Below are positions 1 to 8,381 of a DNA stretch of 32,000 bases, one piece after another; position 1 is the first letter of the stretch, and each line of letters opens with the position of its first letter. The position numbers were made by a program, and so were the translations under genes. Source of the stretch: Candidatus Iainarchaeum sp. (GTDB lineage: Archaea; Iainarchaeota; Iainarchaeia; Iainarchaeales; VGJJ01); contig JAUYHT010000006.1 in assembly GCA_030688545.1 (NCBI GenBank), forward strand, positions 60,001-92,000. The letters run 5' to 3'. The notes beneath the pieces are model-generated. The model worked only from the letters and a program-made list of their open reading frames with translations. It ran no database searches and was not told where the DNA came from.

Positions 1-1
1 G

Positions 2-3000
2 GGGGAAAAAGCCACTGGTCTCCAGCGCTTCCAAGTAATTGATGTGGGCACGGGTCAACCCGTCTCATTGACAGATGGGGCGGACGGGGCCTATTTCAAT
101 AACGTGTTCGACGAGTTCATCAAGACGGGAAATTTTAATGATGTCAGAACGCTGAAAAAGGTGGGAGAAAATATCGAGTTGTACGAACTCAAACCCCAGA
201 GGATCATCAATGAAGCCGTTCTTGAATCCATCGAGAAAGGGGAATATGCGGACGATGTTTATGTCCTCCTCAGCGATGGGGTTACAACGGTGCCCGCCAC
301 GAAGACCCAATACAAAACCATTTTCGACGATTTCAAGGCCTCGGGGATAAAGCCCCGGATCGTGGAGGGGGGTCGTACCTTGGTACCGGGAGGCTTGTCC
401 CCCGAGCTGTTCGGAAAAGGAATCGTCGGAGGAGATGTGCTCAAGGAAAAAATAAAGTGGTACCACCGCAATGTCGAAGCGGTCCATGATACCATGATTT
501 CGCGAGATTGGGGCCGCGGGAATTATACAAACCTTCTCTCCCGCTCGATGCAGGGACAGGAAAAGCTGATCAAGAATTACGTTAATGTGTTAAATCCCGA
601 TGTGGCGGCCGGTCCCTTGGGGTGGACGGCCAAAACCTATGGGTATTGGTGGGTCACTCGCGGATTGGGATTCGACGACTTTACCCTTTACCGGTTGCCC
701 GATGAGTTCACGGAGATTGCATTCTCCACGGGGGATGTCCCCATCTATGATGATGCCTACATCGATTTTTTCGCCAATGAAGGATCAGATACGGGCGACC
801 TGTTCCAGCGCCTCATATCCAAATTCCCTTTTCCCGCTTTGGTAATTGACCCTCTGGCGTCCCGGTTCGAGCCTCTGGAAAAGGCCTGGAATTTCTTCAG
901 TGGGAAACAAGCTCGCACTCAACCAGATAATCTCGCCCTATTCATGTTTGGAGGAGAATCCTGTCCCACCTGCAAAGCCACCATTGCTTCCCCTTCCCTG
1001 GAGCAGGCTAATGTCTATTTCCAGAGCCCCGAGAGCCTCACTGGTTTTCTCCTCGAGGATGGCCAATCTAAAGATGCAAGGGAATTAGGACAATTACTCG
1101 TCGCCTATGCCCACCACCTGGATATTGGGGGCCAGCTCAGTGGGGAGGTGTTGGATCAAATCACCCTCTCCACGGCCCGGGAGAAAGGCCTCGCGTGCGA
1201 TCAGGTGATTGAGGATGTTTTTCTCTGGGGAAATGTATCCAAACTCATCGGGGCGGAGCGTATTGGAGCCGCATTGGCCGTAACCGAAAACCTCTCCTAT
1301 TGGGTGTTGGGTTATGGCGGCACGTTGGTCACGGCGATCAACCAGATTTATTTTGCCCAGCAGATGAATGAATGCGTGGACGATAAGGAGGGGTATTTCG
1401 CCCACATCTTCGTCCCGCGGGAAGTGGAAGGACAAGGGAAATCCCAGGAAATCCAGAATTCCGCCACCCAGGAAGCATTGGATGGGATTCAGGCTTTTGC
1501 TGGTCGCGTGCAGGCCGATGCCACGGATGCCTCCCTCTCGGATAAGGCGTTGGCTGAGGCCACAGGGAAAGTGAAAGAATTGGTGGATGATGCCCGCAAG
1601 CGGGATGTGGTGGAGGCCGAGCTCCGCATTTCTGGTGCCTCGTATGGGGGGATCGAGTCGAAGAAACCTATCTATTTTTGGGTGGGCCCGCAAGCAGAAT
1701 TGGATGTGAGTGCGTATTCCACGGATGGGAAAACCGTTCTTTCTAATGCGGATGGGGATACGTTGACTTTAGATAACCAGTCAGGCACCCTCACGGTGAA
1801 TGGGCAGCCGGTAATCGACAGCAGTGAAGCCGATCATGTCCGCCTGGCCAGCACCAACCTATCCATCCCCGCGGTGGAGGTGCCCCAGCGCCTCAATGCC
1901 TTTTCCCTGGATGATTCCAACCGATTCATCTTAGGGATAAACGTTCGGGGGGAAACAATTGTTCACGACCCGGCGCTCCTCGATTGTATTCGACAAGCCG
2001 TTTTGTTTCAGAGCGGGGTTCCCCTTAATTCTCCCGTCATGAGCGAGGCTTTTGGGGTAGCGGAAACCGTGGTCACGGATGCGTATCCCACCATCTCTTT
2101 CGATCCAACCCGGAATCGCATCGTCATGGCCGGGCTATCCGCGCAGACCGCCAGTGGGGCCGCCGCGGGAGTGCAGCTTTTTGCGGATCGCACCGTTTTA
2201 GTTACGGGCGCGCCCAATCCCAGAGCGGGAAACCTCAATAGCATTATTTTCGAGAATGGTTCCCTTGTGTATAAGCCCGCGACCCATGAATTGATCATCT
2301 GGTTGAAGCACCATGCCAACGCCATTGTTTCAGATCAGGAAGTCAAAGATTTCTCCGGCACGCTCACGAGCACCTCCAATCCCACCACGTTATGCGAGGA
2401 ACCCGCCATTGATTTGCGTGTGGAAACCGACCCCTCAACCCCCGCCACCAAATTGAAGGGCGACAATCTCACCGCCGGCCTTCAAAAAAACGGCCCCTTC
2501 CAGGTATTTGAGACCGAAACCAAGCGCTTCATCCTCTATTCCAAATTAGTGGAGGGGGAGTGCAAGGATTTTTTCAAGGTCATCGATAAACTGACGGGTG
2601 AAGAGTACGATCAGGAGATTAATTCAATTTCACAAACGGAGGACGGGACCATCCGCATCCAAACCAAGGATGGGTTGGATCATACATTGAAAATTTCAGA
2701 CGAGAACGGGAAGCCCGTGCTAACCTACGATGGAAAATCCGAAGTGTTGCGTTCAGCCAGTGGGCGAGGAGGCTCATTCTATTACGATCCCAACCGGGGG
2801 TTGTATTTCGCTGAGAACGCCCAATTCATCCCCTTGAATGATCAGTTCAGGAACCAGGGCCTAGCCTTCCAGGCCAACCCGGATGGCACCGCCAGCGGAA
2901 AAGCAGCCTCGAATGTGTTCAACATCAATACCGGTCAAGGCGCCCCTGGATTATTCAACATCCCTTCCCTGCCCCCCACCATAGCCGGGCTGGCCATCGC

Positions 3001-3088
3001 ATTACTCGTACTCGGCATCGTGAGTGCCGGCATCTATGTGGATTCCCGCCGGCGAAAGGATAATGAAGTGTCTTCTTCATTGGTCTAA
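2..3088 (+). CDS. Giant cell-surface protein, 5'-truncated by the window edge, with a C-terminal TM anchor
   Basis: The frame is open from nt 2, with no stop before the GTG at 44 used by the ORF track, so the protein is at least 1014 aa. I recognise no catalytic or domain motif. The C-terminus reads PSLPP-TIAGLAIALLVLGIVSAGIYV-DSRRRK: a hydrophobic helix at nt 2978-3040 followed by a basic stop-transfer. Confidence 0.75.
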   Translation, partial: GEKATGLQRFQVIDVGTGQPVSLTDGADGAYFNNVFDEFIKTGNFNDVRTLKKVGENIELYELKPQRIINEAVLESIEKGEYADDVYVLLSDGVTTVPATKTQYKTIFDDFKASGIKPRIVEGGRTLVPGGLSPELFGKGIVGGDVLKEKIKWYHRNVEAVHDTMISRDWGRGNYTNLLSRSMQGQEKLIKNYVNVLNPDVAAGPLGWTAKTYGYWWVTRGLGFDDFTLYRLPDEFTEIAFSTGDVPIYDDAYIDFFANEGSDTGDLFQRLISKFPFPALVIDPLASRFEPLEKAWNFFSGKQARTQPDNLALFMFGGESCPTCKATIASPSLEQANVYFQSPESLTGFLLEDGQSKDARELGQLLVAYAHHLDIGGQLSGEVLDQITLSTAREKGLACDQVIEDVFLWGNVSKLIGAERIGAALAVTENLSYWVLGYGGTLVTAINQIYFAQQMNECVDDKEGYFAHIFVPREVEGQGKSQEIQNSATQEALDGIQAFAGRVQADATDASLSDKALAEATGKVKELVDDARKRDVVEAELRISGASYGGIESKKPIYFWVGPQAELDVSAYSTDGKTVLSNADGDTLTLDNQSGTLTVNGQPVIDSSEADHVRLASTNLSIPAVEVPQRLNAFSLDDSNRFILGINVRGETIVHDPALLDCIRQAVLFQSGVPLNSPVMSEAFGVAETVVTDAYPTISFDPTRNRIVMAGLSAQTASGAAAGVQLFADRTVLVTGAPNPRAGNLNSIIFENGSLVYKPATHELIIWLKHHANAIVSDQEVKDFSGTLTSTSNPTTLCEEPAIDLRVETDPSTPATKLKGDNLTAGLQKNGPFQVFETETKRFILYSKLVEGECKDFFKVIDKLTGEEYDQEINSISQTEDGTIRIQTKDGLDHTLKISDENGKPVLTYDGKSEVLRSASGRGGSFYYDPNRGLYFAENAQFIPLNDQFRNQGLAFQANPDGTASGKAASNVFNINTGQGAPGLFNIPSLPPTIAGLAIALLVLGIVSAGIYVDSRRRKDNEVSSSLV

Positions 3089-3110
3089 AAAGACCAATAC
3101 AACGATATCC

Positions 3111-3120
3111 ATTATATTTT
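3111..3120 (+). promoter_or_regulatory. TATA-box candidate (ATTATATTTT) for the SRAP gene
   Basis: AT-rich TATA-like element centred about 25 nt upstream of the ATG at 3141. The same spacing recurs at 12 other genes in the window, which implies a leaderless mRNA. Confidence 0.5.
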
Positions 3121-3140
3121 TCCGAGGCCTAAAGATTTCC

Positions 3141-3806
3141 ATGTGCGGCCGCTATGCCATGACCCATTTCCTCAAGGAGCTCCTTCCCAGGTATGACATT
3201 AACAGCCTTCCTGAAGGGAATTGGAAGCCTTCTTACAATATCGCTCCCGAGCAGAAAGCCCCCATTATAATTCAAAATGAGGCAAAAAAACTGGCCATGG
3301 CCACATGGGGGTTTGTCCCCTCCTGGGCGATTGAAAAAAAGGATTTTCATCCCCTTATCAATGCCCGCTCCGAGACGGCAGCCACGAGCCCGGCCTTTCG
3401 GCATGCATTCCATCATAGTCGATGCCTAATTCCCTTCACCCATTTTTTCGAGTGGAAGAAAGGGAAGACCAAAATCCCTTTCGCCATCGCCCTGGAAAAA
3501 GGGGGAATTGGATCATTCGCGGGCATTTTTTCTGAAAAGGAAGAGAAAATAAGGTATGCCATCCTCACCACCTCTCCTTCCCCCGCATTGCGAAACATAC
3601 ACGACCGCATGCCCGTCATATTGGCGAAAGCAGATGAGAAGAAATGGTTATCCCCTACCGATGACCCAACCAAATGTCAGAAACTGTTGAGGACATTCCC
3701 CGGAAAACTAAAAGCCTTCCCCATTTCAAAAGAGGTGAATAATCCCAGGAATGATTATCCCCAAATTCTGAATCCTTTGTCTTCCCTCATCAAAAAATGG
3801 GAGTAA
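3141..3806 (+). CDS. SOS-response-associated peptidase (SRAP / YedK-HMCES family, abasic-site DNA-protein crosslink sensor)
   Basis: Starts MCGRY (the invariant Cys2 nucleophile), and carries the NARSET motif and FFEW...H region typical of SRAP. The ORF-track start at 3024 overlaps the upstream gene and would bury Cys2, so I moved the start to the ATG at 3141. That ATG also has a TATA box at about -26. Confidence 0.9.
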   Translation: MCGRYAMTHFLKELLPRYDINSLPEGNWKPSYNIAPEQKAPIIIQNEAKKLAMATWGFVPSWAIEKKDFHPLINARSETAATSPAFRHAFHHSRCLIPFTHFFEWKKGKTKIPFAIALEKGGIGSFAGIFSEKEEKIRYAILTTSPSPALRNIHDRMPVILAKADEKKWLSPTDDPTKCQKLLRTFPGKLKAFPISKEVNNPRNDYPQILNPLSSLIKKWE

Positions 3807-3840
3807 TTTCTTTCAGATAGTATTACCACTTCATTCTCAT

Positions 3841-4731
3841 TCACGCATAATACGAGGGCCCGCGGGCCCGGGTGTCGTCCCCGTCATCGGATTGTTGGGC
3901 TTCTTTGAGACGCTTCATCTGTTCCATGATGTCCTTCTCCGTCTTCTTGGCCTGCTCGTATAGGGGCTCCACTTTGATGTCCAGGTCCAATAGTTTATTG
4001 AGCCGCTTGATGAGCTCGGCCGCGGCCTTGTAATCCGCACCGATGGTGACATTCCCCAGCATGGAGAAGGCTTTCACGTTGCTCTCCTTGAGGTGCATGA
4101 GCATGATGGCCGTTATTCCCGTGGTGATACCTTCATCAATGATCTCCACATCCAAATCCTTGAACATATTTTTGCTCGCCTCATTCGCCGCGATGGCATA
4201 CACCGTGAGATCGTTCTTTACCCCCGTCTGCAACCCTGCGAGAGAGATGAGGCGGGCGATCTTATTCTTTAAAATCCATTCCACGATCGTGGTGGCGACA
4301 CGGGGGATATGCTGTTTGGGGATGATCTGCTCCGAGATGAGCACCCCAAGTTTCCGTTTGTCATTTACATATAACCGCGATGGAAAAATGGGTACTCCTT
4401 TGTGGATGCGGATGATGGGTAAGAATAGTTCGGAATGGAGGTGTCCAACTTCCTTAAAATCGAGGTTTTCAACCAGGTATTTGGCGGTGATGGTGCCCAC
4501 TAAACCCGTGCCTGGAAATCCTTCAATGAGCGTATACCCATTCCAATCCCGATGCTCCGTTTCAACGAATCGAACGATGGGACTGTGGGTGGTTGATAGG
4601 TTTGTGGGAGCGGTAGGATGTGGTTTCCTGGGAGGTATTTCAGGTACCCCGATGTCACCGCGCGCTCGACTCCCCCCCGGGGGCCGGCTAATGGGCATGC
4701 GGGGCGGGGTAGGCATGGTGTTTCGGGCCAT
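3841..4731 (-). CDS. PAC2-family protein (proteasome assembly chaperone/activator homolog, PbaA/PbaB-like)
   Basis: Core motif LIEGFPGTGLVGTITAKYL plus the overall PAC2 layout. The C-terminus is acidic and ends ...GPSYYA, which resembles an HbYX motif. There is an N-terminal Pro/Arg-rich extension of about 60 aa. Confidence 0.8.
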   Translation of the reverse strand: MARNTMPTPPRMPISRPPGGSRARGDIGVPEIPPRKPHPTAPTNLSTTHSPIVRFVETEHRDWNGYTLIEGFPGTGLVGTITAKYLVENLDFKEVGHLHSELFLPIIRIHKGVPIFPSRLYVNDKRKLGVLISEQIIPKQHIPRVATTIVEWILKNKIARLISLAGLQTGVKNDLTVYAIAANEASKNMFKDLDVEIIDEGITTGITAIMLMHLKESNVKAFSMLGNVTIGADYKAAAELIKRLNKLLDLDIKVEPLYEQAKKTEKDIMEQMKRLKEAQQSDDGDDTRARGPSYYA

Positions 4732-4751
4732 GAGGTTCTCACTGACTCCAT

Positions 4752-4760
4752 CTTTAAATA
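4752..4760 (-). promoter_or_regulatory. TATA-box candidate (TATTTAAAG on the minus strand) for the PAC2 gene
   Basis: Lies in the 42-nt spacer after the upstream stop (4774) and is centred 25 nt upstream of the ATG at 4731. This suggests PAC2 has its own leaderless promoter. Confidence 0.5.
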
Positions 4761-4773
4761 AGGGCGGGTTTCC

Positions 4774-5706
4774 TCACCCGCGCACGTACCATTGCCCCAA
4801 GATGTAGGCCAGTTGGGACGCAGGGAGAAGGATGAGGATGTAGATCCCAGCAATTCCTTGACGTTCTTCCTGGGCTCCCAAGAAAAGCCCGGTGAGCACG
4901 GCGTATTCAAATAAGTAGATAGGGATAATCTGCACCGCTAATGTGAACAATTCAGCGCCACTGGCTTCGGCCAGGGAGAGCGGCAGCCGCGTCACTACCC
5001 CCACCAATACCCCCAGCAATATAGGCACCATGATCCCTCCCGCGAGGAGAAGCGTATATTTTTCCACCATCATCGTGGCGCGCCTTTCCTCGACAAGGGA
5101 TTGGGCTTGCATCATGTCCTGGGCCATGGCCACCGCGGCCTCTATTCCGGGGGCGCCACTCTCATACAAGCGTCTGAGCAGCCGCTTCACCGCTGAGAGG
5201 GGCCGGGAGGCTCTTCCCACCCCCAACCCTTCCAATGCCTCCGGAATGGATTCCCCTTTGGCGATGCGCCGGTGAACACGTGTCCATTCATCACGGATGG
5301 GAAGAAAAGTGGATTCTGCCAACCATTTTATTTTTTTAGGAAAGGATTGTTTAGGAGGAATAGCCGCATACAAGAGCAGGCTGTCCGGGCACTGCCGTTC
5401 GAGCGTGCGCGTGTGTTGGTCAAACCGCCAGAGTTGGTACATGATGTTGGCCGCTAATGGAAAGATACCTATTCCCACCCACACGGCCGCCCATTCGGCT
5501 CCCGACCAGCCAAAATAAAGGTACGCGGACCACGCCACTAAAAATAACCCGGCGCCCTCGATGACGCTCCCCAGGATTACTCGGGATAACCCATTTTCAA
5601 CTCCATTCTGCTGAGAAATATAGTCCAACCTTTCTTTCGTCTCGTTAGCCACAATTATGAATGTATTTACATGACGATTAATCATACGCAAATCAAACAA
5701 GGGCAT
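4774..5706 (-). CDS. Type IV filament platform protein with a single T2SSF domain (TadC/EpdK-like)
   Basis: Polytopic membrane protein with a T2SSF-like block (CPDSLLLYAA...GESIPEALEGL...LYESGAPGIEAAVAMAQDM). I chose the start at the ATG at 5706-5704 because it overlaps the upstream TGA in the sequence TGATG. The 5802 start in the track would overlap the upstream gene by 97 nt. Confidence 0.7.
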   Translation of the reverse strand: MPLFDLRMINRHVNTFIIVANETKERLDYISQQNGVENGLSRVILGSVIEGAGLFLVAWSAYLYFGWSGAEWAAVWVGIGIFPLAANIMYQLWRFDQHTRTLERQCPDSLLLYAAIPPKQSFPKKIKWLAESTFLPIRDEWTRVHRRIAKGESIPEALEGLGVGRASRPLSAVKRLLRRLYESGAPGIEAAVAMAQDMMQAQSLVEERRATMMVEKYTLLLAGGIMVPILLGVLVGVVTRLPLSLAEASGAELFTLAVQIIPIYLFEYAVLTGLFLGAQEERQGIAGIYILILLPASQLAYILGQWYVRG

Positions 5707-6314
5707 CACCCATCCCTCACAGGGACAATGGGATTCTGGACCCACACCAAGAGTAAGATGAGGGCGTTCAGAAGGGGAATTCCCACTAATGCGGTCCCCC
5801 ATACATGCTCGGGTGCCAGTGTCAAATCAAGGAATTGGCTTCCCACGGCGACAAATCCAAGGAAGAGAGTGGGAACTAACGTGGATGTGCCAATGAATAC
5901 GACGGATAGCAATGTCAATTGGCTCGCGAATCGACGGAGTTCATTGCGGTGGTGCAAGCGGATGTCTTCCGCCATGTGTCGCAAAGACTGTTGCGTGGTG
6001 GGGGAATTCCCTTGCACGTGCAAATGCATTAGTACGGCCGCGACTCGATTCAATAATGGGCTTTCGTGAGAGGTCTTCCATTCCAAGAGACTTTCATCCA
6101 GGGGTTCTCCCTGATGGACATAGCGATCCACGGCCTCCTGCATGCTCGTTCGCAGGGGTCCCCTAACCCCCCCTGCGGCAGTGGCGAGCGCTCTTTCCAA
6201 TGATTGGTGCAAGCTGAGTTCCATGGCAAGGAGGGTGAGAAAAAGATCCATCTCCTGTTCCATTCTCCGAATCCGACGGGAATGATGAAAATCATTTATC
6301 CATTTTTGGAGCAT
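5706..6314 (-). CDS. Type IV filament platform protein with a single T2SSF domain (TadB/EpdJ-like)
   Basis: T2SSF-type helical repeat (DLFLTLLAMELSLHQSLERALATAA...LLNRVAAVLMHL...) followed by C-terminal TM helices. Overlaps the ATPase stop by 23 nt. Confidence 0.75.
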   Translation of the reverse strand: MLQKWINDFHHSRRIRRMEQEMDLFLTLLAMELSLHQSLERALATAAGGVRGPLRTSMQEAVDRYVHQGEPLDESLLEWKTSHESPLLNRVAAVLMHLHVQGNSPTTQQSLRHMAEDIRLHHRNELRRFASQLTLLSVVFIGTSTLVPTLFLGFVAVGSQFLDLTLAPEHVWGTALVGIPLLNALILLLVWVQNPIVPVRDG

Positions 6315-7641
6315 CCGGTTTCCCTTTTTTTGGTGTTGACATGGATTTCTTTTTTTTAGAGGAAAAAATCCATTGCTTCCCTGGAAAATTCCAGCCGAAT
6401 CGTTCTCGGACCAGCACGCTCTCCTGTTTAGGAAGTAGTTTTCGGTGCGTGGGACTCCAGGTGAATACCGGATGCACCACTAGCTTATTGGCTGAATCAA
6501 AAAAAACCTCGCCTATTTCGCATATCGCCCGGCGATCAATCGTTTTCCCTCCGCGGTGTTCCCCCCAGCGCCGTTGCACCACTAAAATGTTGAGCCATCC
6601 CAAATCCTGTTCGGGTATCCCGAATCCGCGGAGCCGCGCAATAGTTTCATGGGAGGAATGCCCATGAAAGGTGGCATAGGTTCCTTTTCCCTGTCCCGCG
6701 AGCACCGCTTCGATGAAGGCGAAGGCCTCTTCCGGATGACGGATTTCCCCCACGACAACTCGATCTGGGCGCATCCGTAATGTTTCACGGATCAGACGGG
6801 GCATCCCCGCATTCCCCTCCGGATCAGGAACCAGGCGAACCGTATGGGGTTGCTGGAGTTCAAGTTCAGGTGTCTCTTCGATAACAATGAATCGTTCATT
6901 CATGGGGAGGCAGTGGAGCAATGTGTTGAGCGTTGTCGTTTTCCCACTCCCAGTATTTCCCGCGAGGAGGAGGTTGCAATCCAACTGAAGGGCCATTTCC
7001 AGATACACCAAAGCGTCAGGGGAAATCACCCCATGGTCGACCAACCATCTCGTATCCGTGGGCCTATGAATCATCCTCCGGATGGTGGCTTCCACGGGTT
7101 CAAGGCAGACAGGGGCGATGGAGGCGTGCATTCGCCCATACCCGGGGATGGGAGCGTTGAGGAGCGGGGTTCCCGTGCTCAATCGTCGACCCGTTTCAAC
7201 GACCATCCGGTTGAGTAAGGTAATGAGGACGGAAGCGGATGTGAAATAGAGCGGCGTCTCCATCCAGCCGTGGTCCGTATGGTATACGCGCACGGGAAAG
7301 TCTTTTCCTATCCCATATATCCCAATTTCTTCAATCTGGGGATGCTGAAAAATCTCCGTGAGGGGGCCGGCATGAAAGGCATGCAAAGTGAGGGTATGCC
7401 CCATCTCCTCACGCTGTTGGGGATCCAGAGCAATGCGATGCTCCCGGCACCACTCCTCAAGGAGATCCTCCAATTGATCGAGCGTGGTGGGAGGTGGAAT
7501 GGCATAAAACCGTTCGAGCACGGATTGGCAGACCTGCTTCTCTTCCGCGGACAAGGGAGGGAGTTGTGACAGGGGAAAATGGGAGTCATGGAAAGGATTG
7601 AGGTCCCAGCCTAAATCCTTATTTTCATCCCTCTTTCCCAT
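6292..7641 (-). CDS. Type II/IV secretion-family ATPase (archaeal FlaI/PilB/EpdL-like, VirB11 superfamily)
   Basis: Walker A LLLAGNTGSGKTTTLN, Asp-box FIVIEETPELEL, Walker B DRVVVGEIR and a His-box ATFHGHS. The C-terminal tail is Lys-rich. Confidence 0.9.
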   Translation of the reverse strand: MGKRDENKDLGWDLNPFHDSHFPLSQLPPLSAEEKQVCQSVLERFYAIPPPTTLDQLEDLLEEWCREHRIALDPQQREEMGHTLTLHAFHAGPLTEIFQHPQIEEIGIYGIGKDFPVRVYHTDHGWMETPLYFTSASVLITLLNRMVVETGRRLSTGTPLLNAPIPGYGRMHASIAPVCLEPVEATIRRMIHRPTDTRWLVDHGVISPDALVYLEMALQLDCNLLLAGNTGSGKTTTLNTLLHCLPMNERFIVIEETPELELQQPHTVRLVPDPEGNAGMPRLIRETLRMRPDRVVVGEIRHPEEAFAFIEAVLAGQGKGTYATFHGHSSHETIARLRGFGIPEQDLGWLNILVVQRRWGEHRGGKTIDRRAICEIGEVFFDSANKLVVHPVFTWSPTHRKLLPKQESVLVRERFGWNFPGKQWIFSSKKKKSMSTPKKGKPDAPKMDK

Positions 7642-7663
7642 TAGGGGGAAGGTGACCGAGAGG

Positions 7664-7672
7664 GTTTTAAGG
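7664..7672 (-). promoter_or_regulatory. TATA-like element (CCTTAAAAC on the minus strand) for the filament ATPase operon
   Basis: Centred 27 nt upstream of the ATG at 7641. It is embedded in the 8-bp inverted repeat AGGGTTTT/AAAACCCT at 7661-7686. Confidence 0.4.
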
Positions 7673-7965
7673 AAACGGAAAACCCTATTATGTAGTATTT
7701 AGTTCGGATGCTGAACCATTCCTCCGGGCGCGTGTTCATATTCCACGGGAAACAAGTATTTGTACTCTGGCATCATCCTAAAGGTCGGGAATCCATCACC
7801 CCATTTGGAATCCCTCACGTAGGCAACGAGCAAAAAGAGGCAAAGGGTCGGGATGCCATGCATCCCGCCCACATTCTCCTAGTTTGGTTTTGGGTTTTCT
7901 CTTTCAAATTTTTTATATTTAGTTTTCCTTATTAGAAAAACACATCTTCCTAATCAATTCTAAAC

Positions 7966-8379
7966 TTAGTTCCACTCCACCCCATCCCCCACTCTAATAA
8001 TGAATTCCCGAATGGTCCCCGCGGGCAGTTCTACCACCCACTTCGCCGGCGCGGAAGGGGTGTAATTGAGTATCCATGGGCGGAGCGTCGCTATATCTAC
8101 GATTTTTTTTTGGGCATCCAGGAATAATACATCGATGGGCATGCGCATGAATAGCATGTGCAGGCTCGCTCCCCTGCGGGTTTCCTTTTGAAGGTGGAAC
8201 AGAAGGACATAATCGAAATCCACTTCATGTACCCCTATCAACCCCAAGCTTTTTTCCCAGAATGAACGCGCATGCTTCACGCGCTGGAGAAAAAGGGTGT
8301 TCCCTTTCCGGGTGATCATGGATTTTTTATTTTTGGAGATTGATGAATTGGAATTTTTTTTCCGTTGAAGATGGGTCAT
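7966..8379 (-). CDS. DUF192 (COG1430) family protein
   Basis: Carries MRMPIDVLFLDAQKKIVDI...VVELPAGTIREFIIRVGDGVEW, typical of DUF192. The track start at 8385 is a TTG that overlaps the upstream stop. The first ATG is at 8379, 2 nt after the upstream TGA, which indicates tight coupling. Confidence 0.75.
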   Translation of the reverse strand: MTHLQRKKNSNSSISKNKKSMITRKGNTLFLQRVKHARSFWEKSLGLIGVHEVDFDYVLLFHLQKETRRGASLHMLFMRMPIDVLFLDAQKKIVDIATLRPWILNYTPSAPAKWVVELPAGTIREFIIRVGDGVEWN

Positions 8380-8381
8380 AC

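Noticed and set aside
3024-3140. N-terminal 39-codon extension of the SRAP ORF given by the ORF track.
   Set aside because: It overlaps the end of the giant gene. It would also bury the obligatory N-terminal Cys2 (MCGRY) of SRAP enzymes. The TATA spacing fits the ATG at 3141.
4043-4807. 254-aa plus-strand ORF. Similar long antisense or alternate-frame ORFs occur at 1094-1693, 9830-10321, 14122-14607, 15534-15974, 17544-18065, 18129-18560, 21978-22451, 25667-26035 and 29413-29928.
   Set aside because: All lie entirely inside genes that have strong motif support on the other strand or frame. Their compositions are skewed in the way shadow ORFs are (Arg/Ser/Gly/Pro-rich), and they have no recognisable motifs.
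5707-5802. Longer start for the TadC-like gene (track start 5802).
   Set aside because: It would overlap the upstream platform gene by 97 nt. The internal ATG forms a TGATG stop-start overlap typical of coupled genes.
4731-7641. The idea that PAC2 is the fourth gene of the filament operon, which would make a novel pilus-proteasome link.
   Set aside because: A well-placed TATA (4752-4760) in the 42-nt spacer indicates independent leaderless transcription of PAC2. The co-orientation alone is weak evidence in such a compact genome.
7699-7863. Sub-threshold 54-aa minus-strand ORF (MHGIPTLCLFLLVAYVRDSKWG...) in the 320-bp gap upstream of the filament ATPase, considered as a missing pilin.
   Set aside because: The hydrophobic stretch is only about 12 aa. 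There is no basic residue plus Gly/Ala class-III cleavage context. No TATA sits at leaderless spacing. A 75-aa plus-strand ORF (7708-7935) overlaps it with equally weak support. The region is left unannotated.
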